DNA of 63,969 nucleotides, counting the filler, from Octopus bimaculoides (lineage: Eukaryota), in the NCBI RefSeq assembly GCF_001194135.2. It is 4 parts of 4 records of this genome, joined end to end, with 100 filler letters (N's around TTAATTAATTAA, not from the genome) between each part and the next. Parts side by side here need not be neighbours in the genome. Positions count along the whole stretch, not along the records: positions 22,318 to 41,180 come from NC_068986.1; 3 more parts are not named here. One strand, 5' to 3'. The translations under genes and the position numbers were made by a program. The notes beneath the pieces were generated by a model. The model saw only the letters and a program-made list of their open reading frames with translations. It ran no database searches and was not told the origin of the DNA. This document shows, in pieces, positions 26,981 through 38,312 of the stretch; within the stretch, counting starts at the first letter, position 1; every line of letters begins with the position of its first letter.

Positions 26981-27889
26981 TTCGAGCTAACAGAACCGTT
27001 AGTACCTCGGACGAAATGCTGCTAAGCCTCCCCCCTACACACACACACGTGTCAAGTTTCAAGGTCTGTTGGATAGGAGTTAAAGTAACAAATTCACAAA
27101 CACGCAAACTTTCCATTTATTATAAATATATATGCATGTGTGTGTATATATGTTTGTGCGCGTGTCTTTCTCCCCCCCCCCCATCATCGCTTGACAACCG
27201 ATTCTGGTGTATTTACGTCCCCGTAACCTAGCGGTTCGGCAAAAGTGACGATAGAATAAGTACTAGGCTTACANNNNNNNNNNNNNNNNNNNNNNNNNNN
27301 NNNNNNNNNNNNNNNNNNNNNNNNNNNNNNNNNNNNNNNNNNNNNNNNNNNNNNNNNNNNNNNNNNNNNNNNNNNNNNNNNNNNNNNNNNNNNNNNNNNN
27401 NNNNNNNNNNNNNNNNNNNNNNNNNNNNNNNNNNNNNNNNNNNNNNNNNNNNNNNNNNNNNNNNNNNNNNNNNNNNNNNNNNNNNNNNNNNNNNNNNNNN
27501 NNNNNNNNNNNNNNNNNNNNNNNNNNNNNNNNNNNNNNNNNNNNNNNNNNNNNNNNNNNNNNNNNNNNNNNNNNNNNNNNNNNNNNNNNNNNNNNNNNNN
27601 NNNNNNNNNNNNNNNNNNNNNNNNNNNNNNNNNNNNNNNNNNNNNNNNNNNNNNNNNNNNNNNNNNNNNNNNNNNNNNNNNNNNNNNNNNNNNNNNNNNN
27701 NNNNNNNNNNNNNNNNNNNNNNNNNNNNNNNNNNNNNNNNNNNNNNNNNNNNNNNNNNNNNNNNNNNNNNNNNNNNNNNNNNNNNNNNNNNNNNNNNNNN
27801 NNNNNNNNNNNNNGTATTTTATATAAATTCATTTGGTATTTATCGTTGGTTGATATATACATTCATTTATTATTATTATTGTTGTATTT

Positions 27890-28005
27890 TGACCTGAAGA
27901 TTAGCTATATTTTTGAATAAAATTGATTTTCGATAGTTTTAATCGATTTTAATCGATTTAAATTTCCTTTCTATTTGAAAATTAGTTATGAAACACGTGT
28001 AGTCA
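27890..28005 (+). ncRNA. Type I hammerhead ribozyme motif with a long stem II, probably in a Penelope-like terminal repeat
   Basis: tgac-CTGAAGA-T-tagct...agtta-T-GAAA-CACGTG-TA-gtca: full core, palindromic stem III, 4-bp stem I. Confidence 0.65.
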
Positions 28006-28639
28006 TTTTATTATCTTTATCTTATGATATTTACTTTGTATTATATTATACTCATTTATTGTGCTTTTAATTATTAATTTTTCTATGTGACAGTGGATTT
28101 TCATCGATGAGTTCATGAACTTTGGTTCTTTTCCCTAAAACTATATATTTATATATATTTTATTCTGTGAAACTTAATTTAATTTTAATGAAATGATTTT
28201 AATTGAGTTTTTACCTGTAATATTGGATTTTATCCCTAATATTATTATTATTATTATATATATATATAAAAGCAAATTTGTTGTTGAAAATGCACCTAAA
28301 TTTGAAAAACTTGTAATTACTTGAAATAAATTTAATTACATATATACCAAACTAGTTTCAACAATATTTTTTGTTTATAAATGGTAAAAATTTAAACTTA
28401 TGAATTAGAAAAACATCTTTAAAAGTTTCAATTTTGACAAAGTAAAATATTTATAACAGAGAAATTTAGAACTATGAATTAGAAAAACATGTTCAGAAAT
28501 TTCGATGTTGATAAGTTTAAATGTTCATAACAGTCAATAATATTAAAACTGTGCATCAATTTGTTTGAATGTACTAAGCTCATTAGTGTTAGTAGGGATC
28601 GACAAGAAATGAATATCATCAAAGTTTCAGTCATACTAA

Positions 28640-29654
28640 GTTAAGAGGGAAAAAAAGACAAGGGAGGAATGAAGATAGTAATAAATGGGATTTGGTTTAT
28701 AGTTTCCCTGATCCTCTTTCCGTCGTGTGTAGGAACTTTCGCTTGTAGCGGTGTGTTTTTCCCCGCGAGCGGATCTGATTTTTGATTCGTTACAGTACTG
28801 GTAACGCTTGTTTTTCCGGTGGTCAAGTTTGTCGTTTTACCTGGTTGGCTTCCCTATGGAGAACGGTTATCAGTCATTCCGGTTGGTTGATTCTTTTAAA
28901 GGGTCATTTTGTTGTATTTGCTGAAGTTCGGTTTTGATCGGTCTAGAGTTAGATGACGATAACAACTGCTGTTTGTAAAATTTCAATGGCCACGACACAG
29001 GTAACATTGGCAACTGGTGTTTGTATGGTGATTTGGAGTTGCGGTTTCGAAACCCGGGTGGAAGGCTGTTACTAAAGTTTTAAAAAAATGTTTGTTGTTT
29101 CTGGCTGTTTTTCGTGGAGTAATTGAGTCTTTTTCCCTTTTTCTTTTTAGTGCCTTTTCTTCTTTCTAAAGGATATTCAGCTGTGGCTTATATTTTTTAA
29201 TGAGTATGCTTTCTTTATTTAAACGGAATTGGGTTGAAGTGTTTCCAGTGCATTGATAGAGGGGGAAGATTTAGTATTTCAGGTTTATGTTTAGGGAGCA
29301 TTGATTTAGGTGTTTGCTTACGAGAATTTTCCTAGTCGAGTGATCTCGGATTTGTTGCCTGTGCACCGTTAGTCTGTCCCTCAAGTTTGAACTAGTCTGA
29401 CCTATGTAGTCTCCAGCACACCCTCCACATTTGAGAACACAGATTAAATTCTCCGATAGCACAGGTGAAGTGATTTTTTATGGTAAAAGTTTGACGTGAC
29501 TTAAATTTGTACGTTGAGCCCTCTCAGAGGAAGATGTACGTTCCGCAGTTAGGACGGTTGCACTTTTTAACTAGTGGGGTTAACCGAACTTCAGCAAATA
29601 CAACAAAATGACCCTTTAATAGAATCAACTAACCGGAACGACTGATAACCGTTC
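28640..29654 (-). mobile_element. Penelope-like element 3' part (GIY-YIG and 3'UTR) with an inverted terminal duplication
   Basis: Contains NLICVLKCGGCAGDYIGQT...RLTVHRQQI and FRLNKESILIKKYKPQLN. A 73-bp inverted repeat is at 28861-28933 / 29582-29654. Confidence 0.8.
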
Positions 29655-29689
29655 CCCACAATTTCTCCCAGTCGCTCAGCTGTTCCATT

Positions 29690-30260
29690 CATGCAGTCTT
29701 CCTGGTGCGACATCGTTGAGCTGCTTCAAGTTCTGCTATTAATCGTATACTGCAGAGTGACCACAATTAAAGGCAGTGATCCAGACGGCTGAGCACAAAT
29801 GTCCTCCATAGAACTAGCATAGTTTCCTTGTCCCTTGTTCTAAAAGTTCTTAGAATCCATCCGATCATTCGCCTCCACACTGCCACCATCTTGGTGATAT
29901 GTATGTGAAACGAGGCATCGTTGGCCATATCAATCCCAAGATCACGCACTGTATGTGACTCTGGGATTGCCACTCCTTTCGGTCCAAAGTATCGTTGTTG
30001 CGGCTTCTGACCACCAATTAGCAGATAGCTGAGGGCATGGAATTTGCCTGCATTAAATGGCATGTTGCTTTGCTCAGCCCATTTATATTTATGGTATCCA
30101 GGGATTTCTGAGGAAGATTATCATCAGAAGAGTCTTTGATTATTTATACTACATTTGTGTCGTCGACATAGCTAATAAGTGTGGCTGTCTGTGTAACTAA
30201 TGGCATATCTGAGAGAGAGCTACCATGAACAGCAGCGGCACCTATACAGTACCCAGAAGC
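29690..30260 (-). mobile_element. CR1/L2-like LINE RT C-terminal fragment
   Basis: Contains LISYVDDT, MPFNAGKF, VRDLGI and GWILRTFRTRD...VLSRLDHC. Confidence 0.8.
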
Positions 30261-31394
30261 AAACCATATACTTATAAATATATTCCTACATGTTCAGATA
30301 CACACACTTTTTGGCGCACAAATAGAAAAATACAATACATCTAGTACAGTTGATTTTATTTGTTCGAACCTGATTCATATATGTCTGTGTATATATATAT
30401 ATGTGTGTGTATATATAGATTATATATATATATATATATATATGAATACACCCATAAATACATGCTCACATACACACACGTCTGTGTGTGTATGTATACA
30501 TATGCATATATATGAATACACACTCACATATATATATATGAACGCACACTCATATAGATACATACATGCATACAACATATGCGTTTCCTCTATAACCGTT
30601 TGATTGCTTTTGTGTACACTTCGTTTATTATTTTGTCGAATGTCACAAAATTTATTGAATGAATATTTACTAATAGATAAACACACATACTTGTTCTCAT
30701 TTCAGAACTTGTCATTCTTCTCTTTCTTCTTTCTTTTTCTTCTCGTTTTTTTTTTTTTTTATTCTTATTTTAATTGCAATTCCAGCACTGGCACCCACGT
30801 AACCACTACCACCATCATCATCATCGTCATTATCATCATCATCATCATCTCGTAGCAATGCTATAAATATGTACTATATGAATATATATGTGTGTAGGCC
30901 GATATGTATATATATAGATAAGTGTACATATATATAGAGAGAGAGAGAGGGGGAGAGAGAGAGGAGGAGGAGAGAGAGAGAGGGAGAGGAGGAGAGAGGG
31001 AGAGAGGAGGAGAGAGAGAGAGTGATAAGGAAAGAGGGTGAGAGTGATAGAAAGATGAGTGTGTGCGTATAAATGTACATGTGTATTTGTGTTTCTATAT
31101 GTGTGTGTGTGTGTGTGTGTGTACGTAAACGTGCTAAACTCTTTGTAGGAAATGTCTATGTGTATATGTATACGAAAAGCTTATGTCTATGTGTGTGTGT
31201 GTGTGTGCAAAAGGTGTGTTTGAGATTAATATATTTACTTCTCTTTTAATACCATTTTGTTTTGGTGACCTAGATTTTTTCTACTTTTCTCTCTCCCTCC
31301 CTACCTCTCTCTGTGTCTCTCTCTCTCTCTCTCACTCACTCTATCTATCTATCTTTCTTTCCATCTATGTTTTTGATATTTTTATATCCAAGTT

Positions 31395-31560
31395 TCGTCT
31401 GACGTCAGACGATACATTAACGCCATTAACCAGATGTAAACGATATGACTCCACAGGCATTCCAAACTTACCTTGGCTACAATGTGTCACAAAACTCTAC
31501 CTGTCAAACGATATTCCCGCCCTCCGTCACGTCATTGTTGCTAATTTACGTCAATATTTC
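31395..31560 (-). promoter_or_regulatory. Candidate promoter / first non-coding exon
   Basis: 18-bp palindrome centred on TGACGTCA, two more TGACG sites, GGGCGGG, and a consensus donor AAG|GTAAGT at 31472/31471. Confidence 0.35.
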
Positions 31561-31799
31561 CAAGAAAAGTTATATATAAATACATATATTACCCACCCAT
31601 TACCCGCACTAAGTGACTTTTGACATAAGCCAAACACCGAGGGTAACTAAGCCATCTCTCACCTATTTCTTTCATATAGATTTTTTTATAGTTCACTTGT
31701 TTGTTACTATTTTAAGGTTTCTTTTACTGCCAGACTAAAAAGTATGATTGAAATATACTGCCCGATTATTTCAGAGATCATTTCAGACAATTTGTTCTG

Positions 31800-31902
31800 G
31801 CAGAAGTATATGAAAGCAGAAGTATATGAAAGCAGAAGTATATGAAAGCAGAAGTATATGAAAGCAGAAGTATGAGAGTAGAAGTATCTGCAGAAGTATT
31901 TG
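31800..31902. repeat. 16-bp minisatellite GCAGAAGTATATGAAA x4 plus degenerate copies
   Basis: Direct reading. Confidence 0.9.
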
Positions 31903-32384
31903 AGAGATGCTGCATTAAATTAACTGGGTTTTTAGCTTGCGGGACTACTTTACGAATATTTGTATCTCATCATCTGCACTCTGTTCGTGCCAACATCACT
32001 TAATAGTCAAAGGAAAATTTGTGTTAGCGGTCAATAAATCTCATATTGCAAGGTTCCTCAAACCAAGTTACATCTACCTCTAAGGAGCACGCAAGAGAAA
32101 TTGAGGAAATGAACAAAGATTTTTAAAATACTGAAATTTCGAAGTAATCACGACCAACTAAACCTATCTCATGTGTTGTGTCTTGTAAACTTTATCTAAA
32201 ATTAGCACATGCCATCACTGTAAATTATACAACATTTGAGTCCTTAATAGTTATTTTTAGTTGTTGTTGTTGTCGTCTGCTTTCTACACTAAGTTGTTTT
32301 TAGCGGCAGAAGCAAACTAATTTCGCTCATCCAGAAAACTTTTATATTTTCGGTGAAACTTCTGAGTAAAAACGTGCTGAATTG

Positions 32385-32537
32385 GGCGTAGTCGTGATTT
32401 TGTGGTAAGAAAGTACAAAGGTCACTTCCCAAGTTCATGGTTCCGGATTCGGTTCAACTGCGTAGCACCTTGGGCAAGTGTTTTCTACCATAGCCCCGGG
32501 CCGAGCTAAGTCTTGTGAATGGATTTCGCAGACGGAA

Positions 32538-32569
<32 letters not shown>

Positions 32570-32574
32570 AAGAA

Positions 32575-32605
<31 letters not shown>

Positions 32606-32606
32606 A

Positions 32607-32656
<50 letters not shown>

Positions 32657-32835
32657 CGCGCGCGTGATGTGTATGCGCTTGACAATCGGTGTTGGTTTAC
32701 TTCACCGTAACTTCGGTAAAAAATTACTCATAGAATAAGTACCAGATTTTAAAAAACAATTACTGACATTGATTTCTTCGAGTAAACACTTCAAGGCCGT
32801 TTGGCTGCAGTCAAATGAGTGAAAGAAGTAAAATA
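32385..32835 (+). mobile_element. tRNA-derived SINE, family B (CORE-like), with an internal microsatellite
   Basis: GCACCTTGGGCAAGTGT core and a tail matching 61907-62322. Confidence 0.8.
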
Positions 32836-33879
32836 TAAAAGAAAAGAATTGAAAACAATTTCTATTTTTTTCTTTTTTTTTAAGTTTGTCGATTTGTTAG
32901 TTTGTCATGTCGTTTTAGCACTCGTAGATCAGTTTGGAATATTTATATCATATATAAGTGACAACTACAATATTTGTGCTTTTTAAATTCAGGAAATGAT
33001 GATGTACTCTAGTTTACAAAAAGACCATACAATGTAGCATGCGTCGTGTTTGATTCAAGAAATGGACGATAAAGTTTTGTCATAAAGTTTATGTCATAAG
33101 TTTATGTCATAAGATTCTATTAAACCATTCAATGAAGACTGTGAACGGCATTTCTCAACCAACCATCTTTATGCAGCCGACAAAGACTTGTTTTTCGAAT
33201 AGAAGTCATCCAATATGAAACGTATGTAATATAACCAGAGTGGACAAGTATTTCAATAGAAGGGAGCTTTTCTATTTGCTCTATTTGGGTCTCCTGAAAA
33301 TTTTAGAAACAAAAAAAGTTCACAGAATCGAGGAAACTTTGATCTTCTATAAATACTGTTGTTTATGTTGGAAAAAATGCTTCGAAGAAACCGAACGCGT
33401 TGCCACTGTCAAATGATATTGTTTGAAGTATATTTGCCATGTTAAAAGATGTAAAATATTGGAATATTGGAAATCAAAGAGGCTCCGTTAGGTATTTTTA
33501 CCGTTTACTTTGACAAGTCTACAGGCATATTATCTAACACTAAGCAGATTGCGTAAAGATCCGGATTGTGAAGAATTAGGATTTTAAGGAATAATTCATT
33601 CTGGAGGTAGTGCCTTTGTAGTAATGCATGTCTATAAACCATGCAGTGCACGATTCATACGTATACATTATGTACAAAAACAACAGTCTCTGGCTCTCGA
33701 ATCTATCTCCATCAAGCTGTAGGTATGGTGTACTTTGCTAAATTTAATATTTTGGACATAAGGGTGACATGTTTGTTGTGCCAAACTATTGATGCTGATA
33801 AAGAAGTAAATTTATTTTACACAGAAGTGAGATTGATTTCAAGTGGTAATGTGGGTAATTGATTTCAAGTGGTAATCTC

Positions 33880-34080
33880 GGGATTAAACTGAAAGAATTC
33901 TTTTCTAGAAATCAGAATGATAAAGCAATCCAATTTCCAGATAAATTTTCAGACAACAAATGGCCAATAAAGCTAACAAATCTGAATAATATTTTTTTTA
34001 CGAGCCAATATAGTCAACAAGGCGTTCCAAAGCAAACTAGCTGCCGTTATAGACGCCATCGAAAGCGGAGGACATGACGA
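33880..34080 (+). mobile_element. Tc1/mariner-type transposase C-terminal remnant, very decayed
   Basis: KWPIKLTNLN resembles WPPxSPDLN, and KLAAVIDAIESGGH resembles the Tc1-like C-terminus. Confidence 0.4.
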
Positions 34081-34549
34081 AATATGTGCTAACCCCGATA
34101 AAATTTGCTTTGCTGCGTGACAAATTTGACACCTGCTTTCCCGATATTAGGGAATTGGTTGATCAATTCGTTCGAAGTCGTTTAAAACTAATAGCGGATC
34201 AGTTCTAGTCAACCTGCAAGATAAATTTATAGAATTTATAAATGACTTTTGAAACCACTTTCCTAACAAAATGCTGGTATTCCGAAACGAAGTTTTAAGA
34301 GAGGGTACTGAAAAGTCCCTGGCTTTAAGGGTATCCGACACTATAGGGCTGTTACCTTTACGGGAGAGGTAGGATAACAATTTAGAAGATATGAAAAAAA
34401 TCATGATGGCATACAACATATATCTCTTTTTTTGCAGATTCAAGGACATTTACATGAAACCTGTAAAGAGTCCATGTCCTTTATGAATAAATGAATGATA
34501 GCACACACGCACGGTACACATCATGTTAATTTATCATCTTATCAAAAAG

Positions 34550-34900
34550 GATTAAATAGACGATTCTGTTTTGATGCTTCTGTGACTGGTACTCTTTTCT
34601 TGAACTTACTGCGACAATCTGTCAAGTCAAGTATTCAAGAGGACTTTGAAGACGTAGAGCTTTATTTCCAGCATAATAGGGCATCCCCGCACTACGGTAG
34701 TATTGTAAGGGTCTACCATGATCAGATTTTTCCATAAACGTAGGTTGAACGAAAAGGCTCATTATAATACCCTTCGCGTTCAGCGGCCCTCACTCCACTA
34801 ACTTTTTTTTTTCATGGAGATACACGAAGGATAAAGTTTACGGTACAAAATCTGCAACGGTTGATGGATTGAGGACGACCATAGAAAGAGAATACGCACA
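34550..34900 (+). mobile_element. Tc1/mariner-superfamily transposase remnant
   Basis: YFQHNRASPHY..VRVY..QIFP, YPSRSAALTPL and KDKVY match the QDGAPPH / WPPRSPDLTPLDF / KDKVY pattern. Confidence 0.65.
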
Positions 34901-35044
34901 AATACCGAACAAAATGATGTCTTATGTTTGCGATTCCATTGCTTCGCGTTATCGGTAGTAGCTAACCCAGAACGTAAAAGATTCAATTCTGTCTATTAAA
35001 CTTTGAAAATATGTATTTTATAAATACCGACTATAATTATTCAA

Positions 35045-35096
<52 letters not shown>

Positions 35097-35158
35097 GGAC
35101 ATACTGTATATGGAGGCGTATAACAAAAATGATTTCTACTTCTATACATGTGTGTGTA

Positions 35159-35194
<36 letters not shown>

Positions 35195-35214
35195 CTATTT
35201 TTGTCAAACCTATT

Positions 35215-35249
<35 letters not shown>

Positions 35250-35996
35250 AATAAATTTTTTTATATGTTCTATATATACCTACTCCTATAAATATACATA
35301 CACACATATATATTGCACACACACACATATATATATACACACACACGTACACACACATATGTGGGGGGTGTATGTATTCATATGTGTGTGTGAGTGTGTG
35401 TATGTACGTGTGTGTTTTGGGGGGGACATGTGTGAGCGTGTGTAATTGAATTGGCTGAAAGTCACACGTTTCAGTTTATATAATATACTATCCTGTTGGT
35501 CGTCATTTACGTCATAGGCTTCGCTTCACCTATTTAAGAAAACATATAATGGGAATATAGCGATTGAATGTCCGATAATATTTTTCTTTATATCTGTTTT
35601 GTAGAGTATTGTGTTATCACACATACAGGACAAACATAAGCGTTCATTCAGATCAAAACTCACTTGGGTGTGTGTGTAACGATTCAATTATTCAGTCGGT
35701 AATCAAAGTCACCCTTTGGGTGCGAATCTGTCAACGTCAAGAAAGACTTCAACTTGTTCCAAGGTAAAAATCAACTTGATTTTACTAATTAGTTAGATTG
35801 TAGCGATCCGCCTACTGATAAGATTTGGTGAATTTTATCTTTTAGTAGTAGCTACCTATTTTAATTACCTGTATGCAGACACATCTAGACGCGCAAACTG
35901 ACCTAAAACTAAGAAAAAGTAAAATAAATGACGAATTGGCAGAGTCGTTAGAGCATCGGATAAACAGCTTTGCCTTATTTTTTAAAATTCTGTGCT

Positions 35997-36034
<38 letters not shown>

Positions 36035-36359
36035 TATTATTATTAATTATTAATTATTACTATTACTATTATTATTATATTATTATTTTAGGAATGATTG
36101 ACGTAACTCTTCACAAAGGTTAACAGGCAAGACGAAGAGTACGATGCGATTGCAATAGGTAGTTTATTGGTTGAACGATATTTCGACACTCCGTGTATCT
36201 TTTACAAGTTCAAAATACAAATTGAAATTCAATTCAAAGATAGGAAACGCTGAAACATTCAAAATTAAATCGGAATAACTGCATTTCTTCCTGATAATGC
36301 TCTTCTCGGTACATGAGTCGATCCAGTTAACACGATTTTTTGCACCTGGTATCATTTTC

Positions 36360-36672
36360 AAATAGGTTTCAGTACCTTTTTTTTTATCATTCCTAGAGAT
36401 CCTACAATCACTGGTAAGGTAGTCACCTTAAGGTGCCACGTTTTTTCAATTTCTATTAGCAAGTCTTTATATTTACTGATCTTGTCAAATTCTTTCGTCG
36501 CTATATTATGATCGCAAGGAATACTCATTTCAATTAATAAACACATCTTCTTTGTCTGATCTTTTATAATAATATCCAGTTTATTAGCTTTTATTGTTTT
36601 GTCGGTACGTACGGGGAAGTCCCAGAGAATCGACACATTTTCTCCTTCAGTCACAGCTTCAAGTTGTAGTAC
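36360..36672 (-). mobile_element. R4/Dong-type LINE RLE fragment
   Basis: ILWDFPVRTDKTIKANKLDIII...LIEMSIP...KISKYKDL...PVIVGSLG, next to (ATT)n. Confidence 0.9.
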
Positions 36673-36714
36673 AGCAGTACATTATTATTATTATTATTAT
36701 TATTGTTCAGTAGT

Positions 36715-36748
<34 letters not shown>

Positions 36749-36749
36749 T

Positions 36750-37150
36750 CGTTTTATCACAGGTTTCGTTGGAACTCGTTGGAACAGGTTTCACTGGAAC
36801 TCCTGCAAGGCCCTTGCTACCCGCAGCCTACGGTGCCATGCTATTTGTTCTTTTTAGCGATCTAATACTTCCTGAGTATTCTGACAGTGCCAAGGAGGCA
36901 AACCTCTTGTAACAGTTCTACTGGGCGCTCGATTCTAATTTCATTTATATTCCTCTTGATGCCTTCTGATACTGTCCCCAAGGGCCCAACAATTATTGGC
37001 ACTATCTTCCCCTTCTTTATTTTCCACAGCCGGGCTTTTTCGTACTTAATAGGGTTGTATTTATCTATGTTTTCGCTTTCCTTCTTGACTACTCGTGGGT
37101 CAAAGTATCACATTGTATTAGTGCACGACATTAAGGTGACATATACAGAA
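36750..37150 (-). mobile_element. R4/Dong-type LINE 3' end
   Basis: VPIIVGPLGTV...LLQEVCLLGTVRILRK*, then (AAT)n. Confidence 0.8.
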
Positions 37151-37217
37151 ACCAAGTTACCAAAAGTAGAAAGGATTATTATCATCATCATCATCATCAT
37201 CATTATTATTATTATTA

Positions 37218-38312
37218 AGGCGGTGAGATGGCAGAATTGTTAGCACGCCGAGTGAAATGCTTCACGGTATTTCGTCTGCCGCTGCGTTCTAAGTTCAAAT
37301 TCCGCCGAGATCGACTTTGCTTTTCATCCCTTCGAGGTCGATAAAATAAGCACCAGTGGAGTACTGGGGTCAATGTAATCGACAATCCCCCTCCCCTAAA
37401 ATGGCTGCCATTGTGGCAAAATTTGAAATCATTATTATTATTACTATTATTATTATTATTATTAGGCAGTGAGGTGGCTGAATCGTTAGCACACCGGGCG
37501 AAATGGTTAGTAGCATTTCGTCCGTCTTCATCTTCTGAGTTCCAATTCCGTCGAGGTCGACTTTGCACCTCATCCTTTACGGGTCAATAAAATAAGTACC
37601 AGTTGAGTATTGGGGTGGATGTAATCGACTTATCCACCTCACCCAAAATCCAGGTTTTGTGCCTATAGTAGAAAGGGTTATTATTATTATTATCATTATT
37701 ATTATTACTATCGAAGCAGCGAGCTGGCAGGATCGTTAGCACGTCGGATGAAATCCTTAGCAGCATTTCGTCCGTCTTTACGTTCTGTGTTCAAATTCTA
37801 CTGAGATCGATTTTGCTTTTCATCTCCTCGAGGTCGATAAAATAAGTACCAGTGGAGTGCTGGGGGGGGGGTCGATGTAGTCGACTAGGGTCCTCCTCAA
37901 AAGTGTCAGACTTTCTGTCAATAATAGAACTGGTCACCGTTACTATTGTTACGCTGCACTCGACCTCCCAAAACACAACAGGATGTGTCCGATAGCTCAA
38001 AATACCGCGTAGGCGAATCTTAGCAAACCAATTTGCTTAGAGAGGAACAAGCAGTGGTCAAAGAAGTCAGAAAGGTTGCAAATAAGGCGGCGAGCGGGCA
38101 GAGTGGTTAGCACCTCGGGCGAAATGGTTATCGGGATTTCGTCTGTCTTTACGTTCCGAGTTCAAATTCTGCCGAGGTCGACTTTGCCTTTCATCTTTTC
38201 GGGGTCGATTAAATAAGTACCAGTTACGCACTGGAGTCGATATAATCGACTTAATCCGTTTGTCTGTCCTTGTTTGTCCTCTCTATGTTTAGCCCCTTGT
38301 GGGCAATAAAGA
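37218..38312 (+). mobile_element. Four same-orientation family A SINEs (starting near 37218, 37464, 37714 and 38086)
   Basis: Repeated head and core; the first three are separated by (ATT)n. Confidence 0.85.

Noticed and set aside
31800-31902. CRISPR-like array
   Set aside because: Head-to-tail 16-bp minisatellite with no spacers, in eukaryotic DNA.
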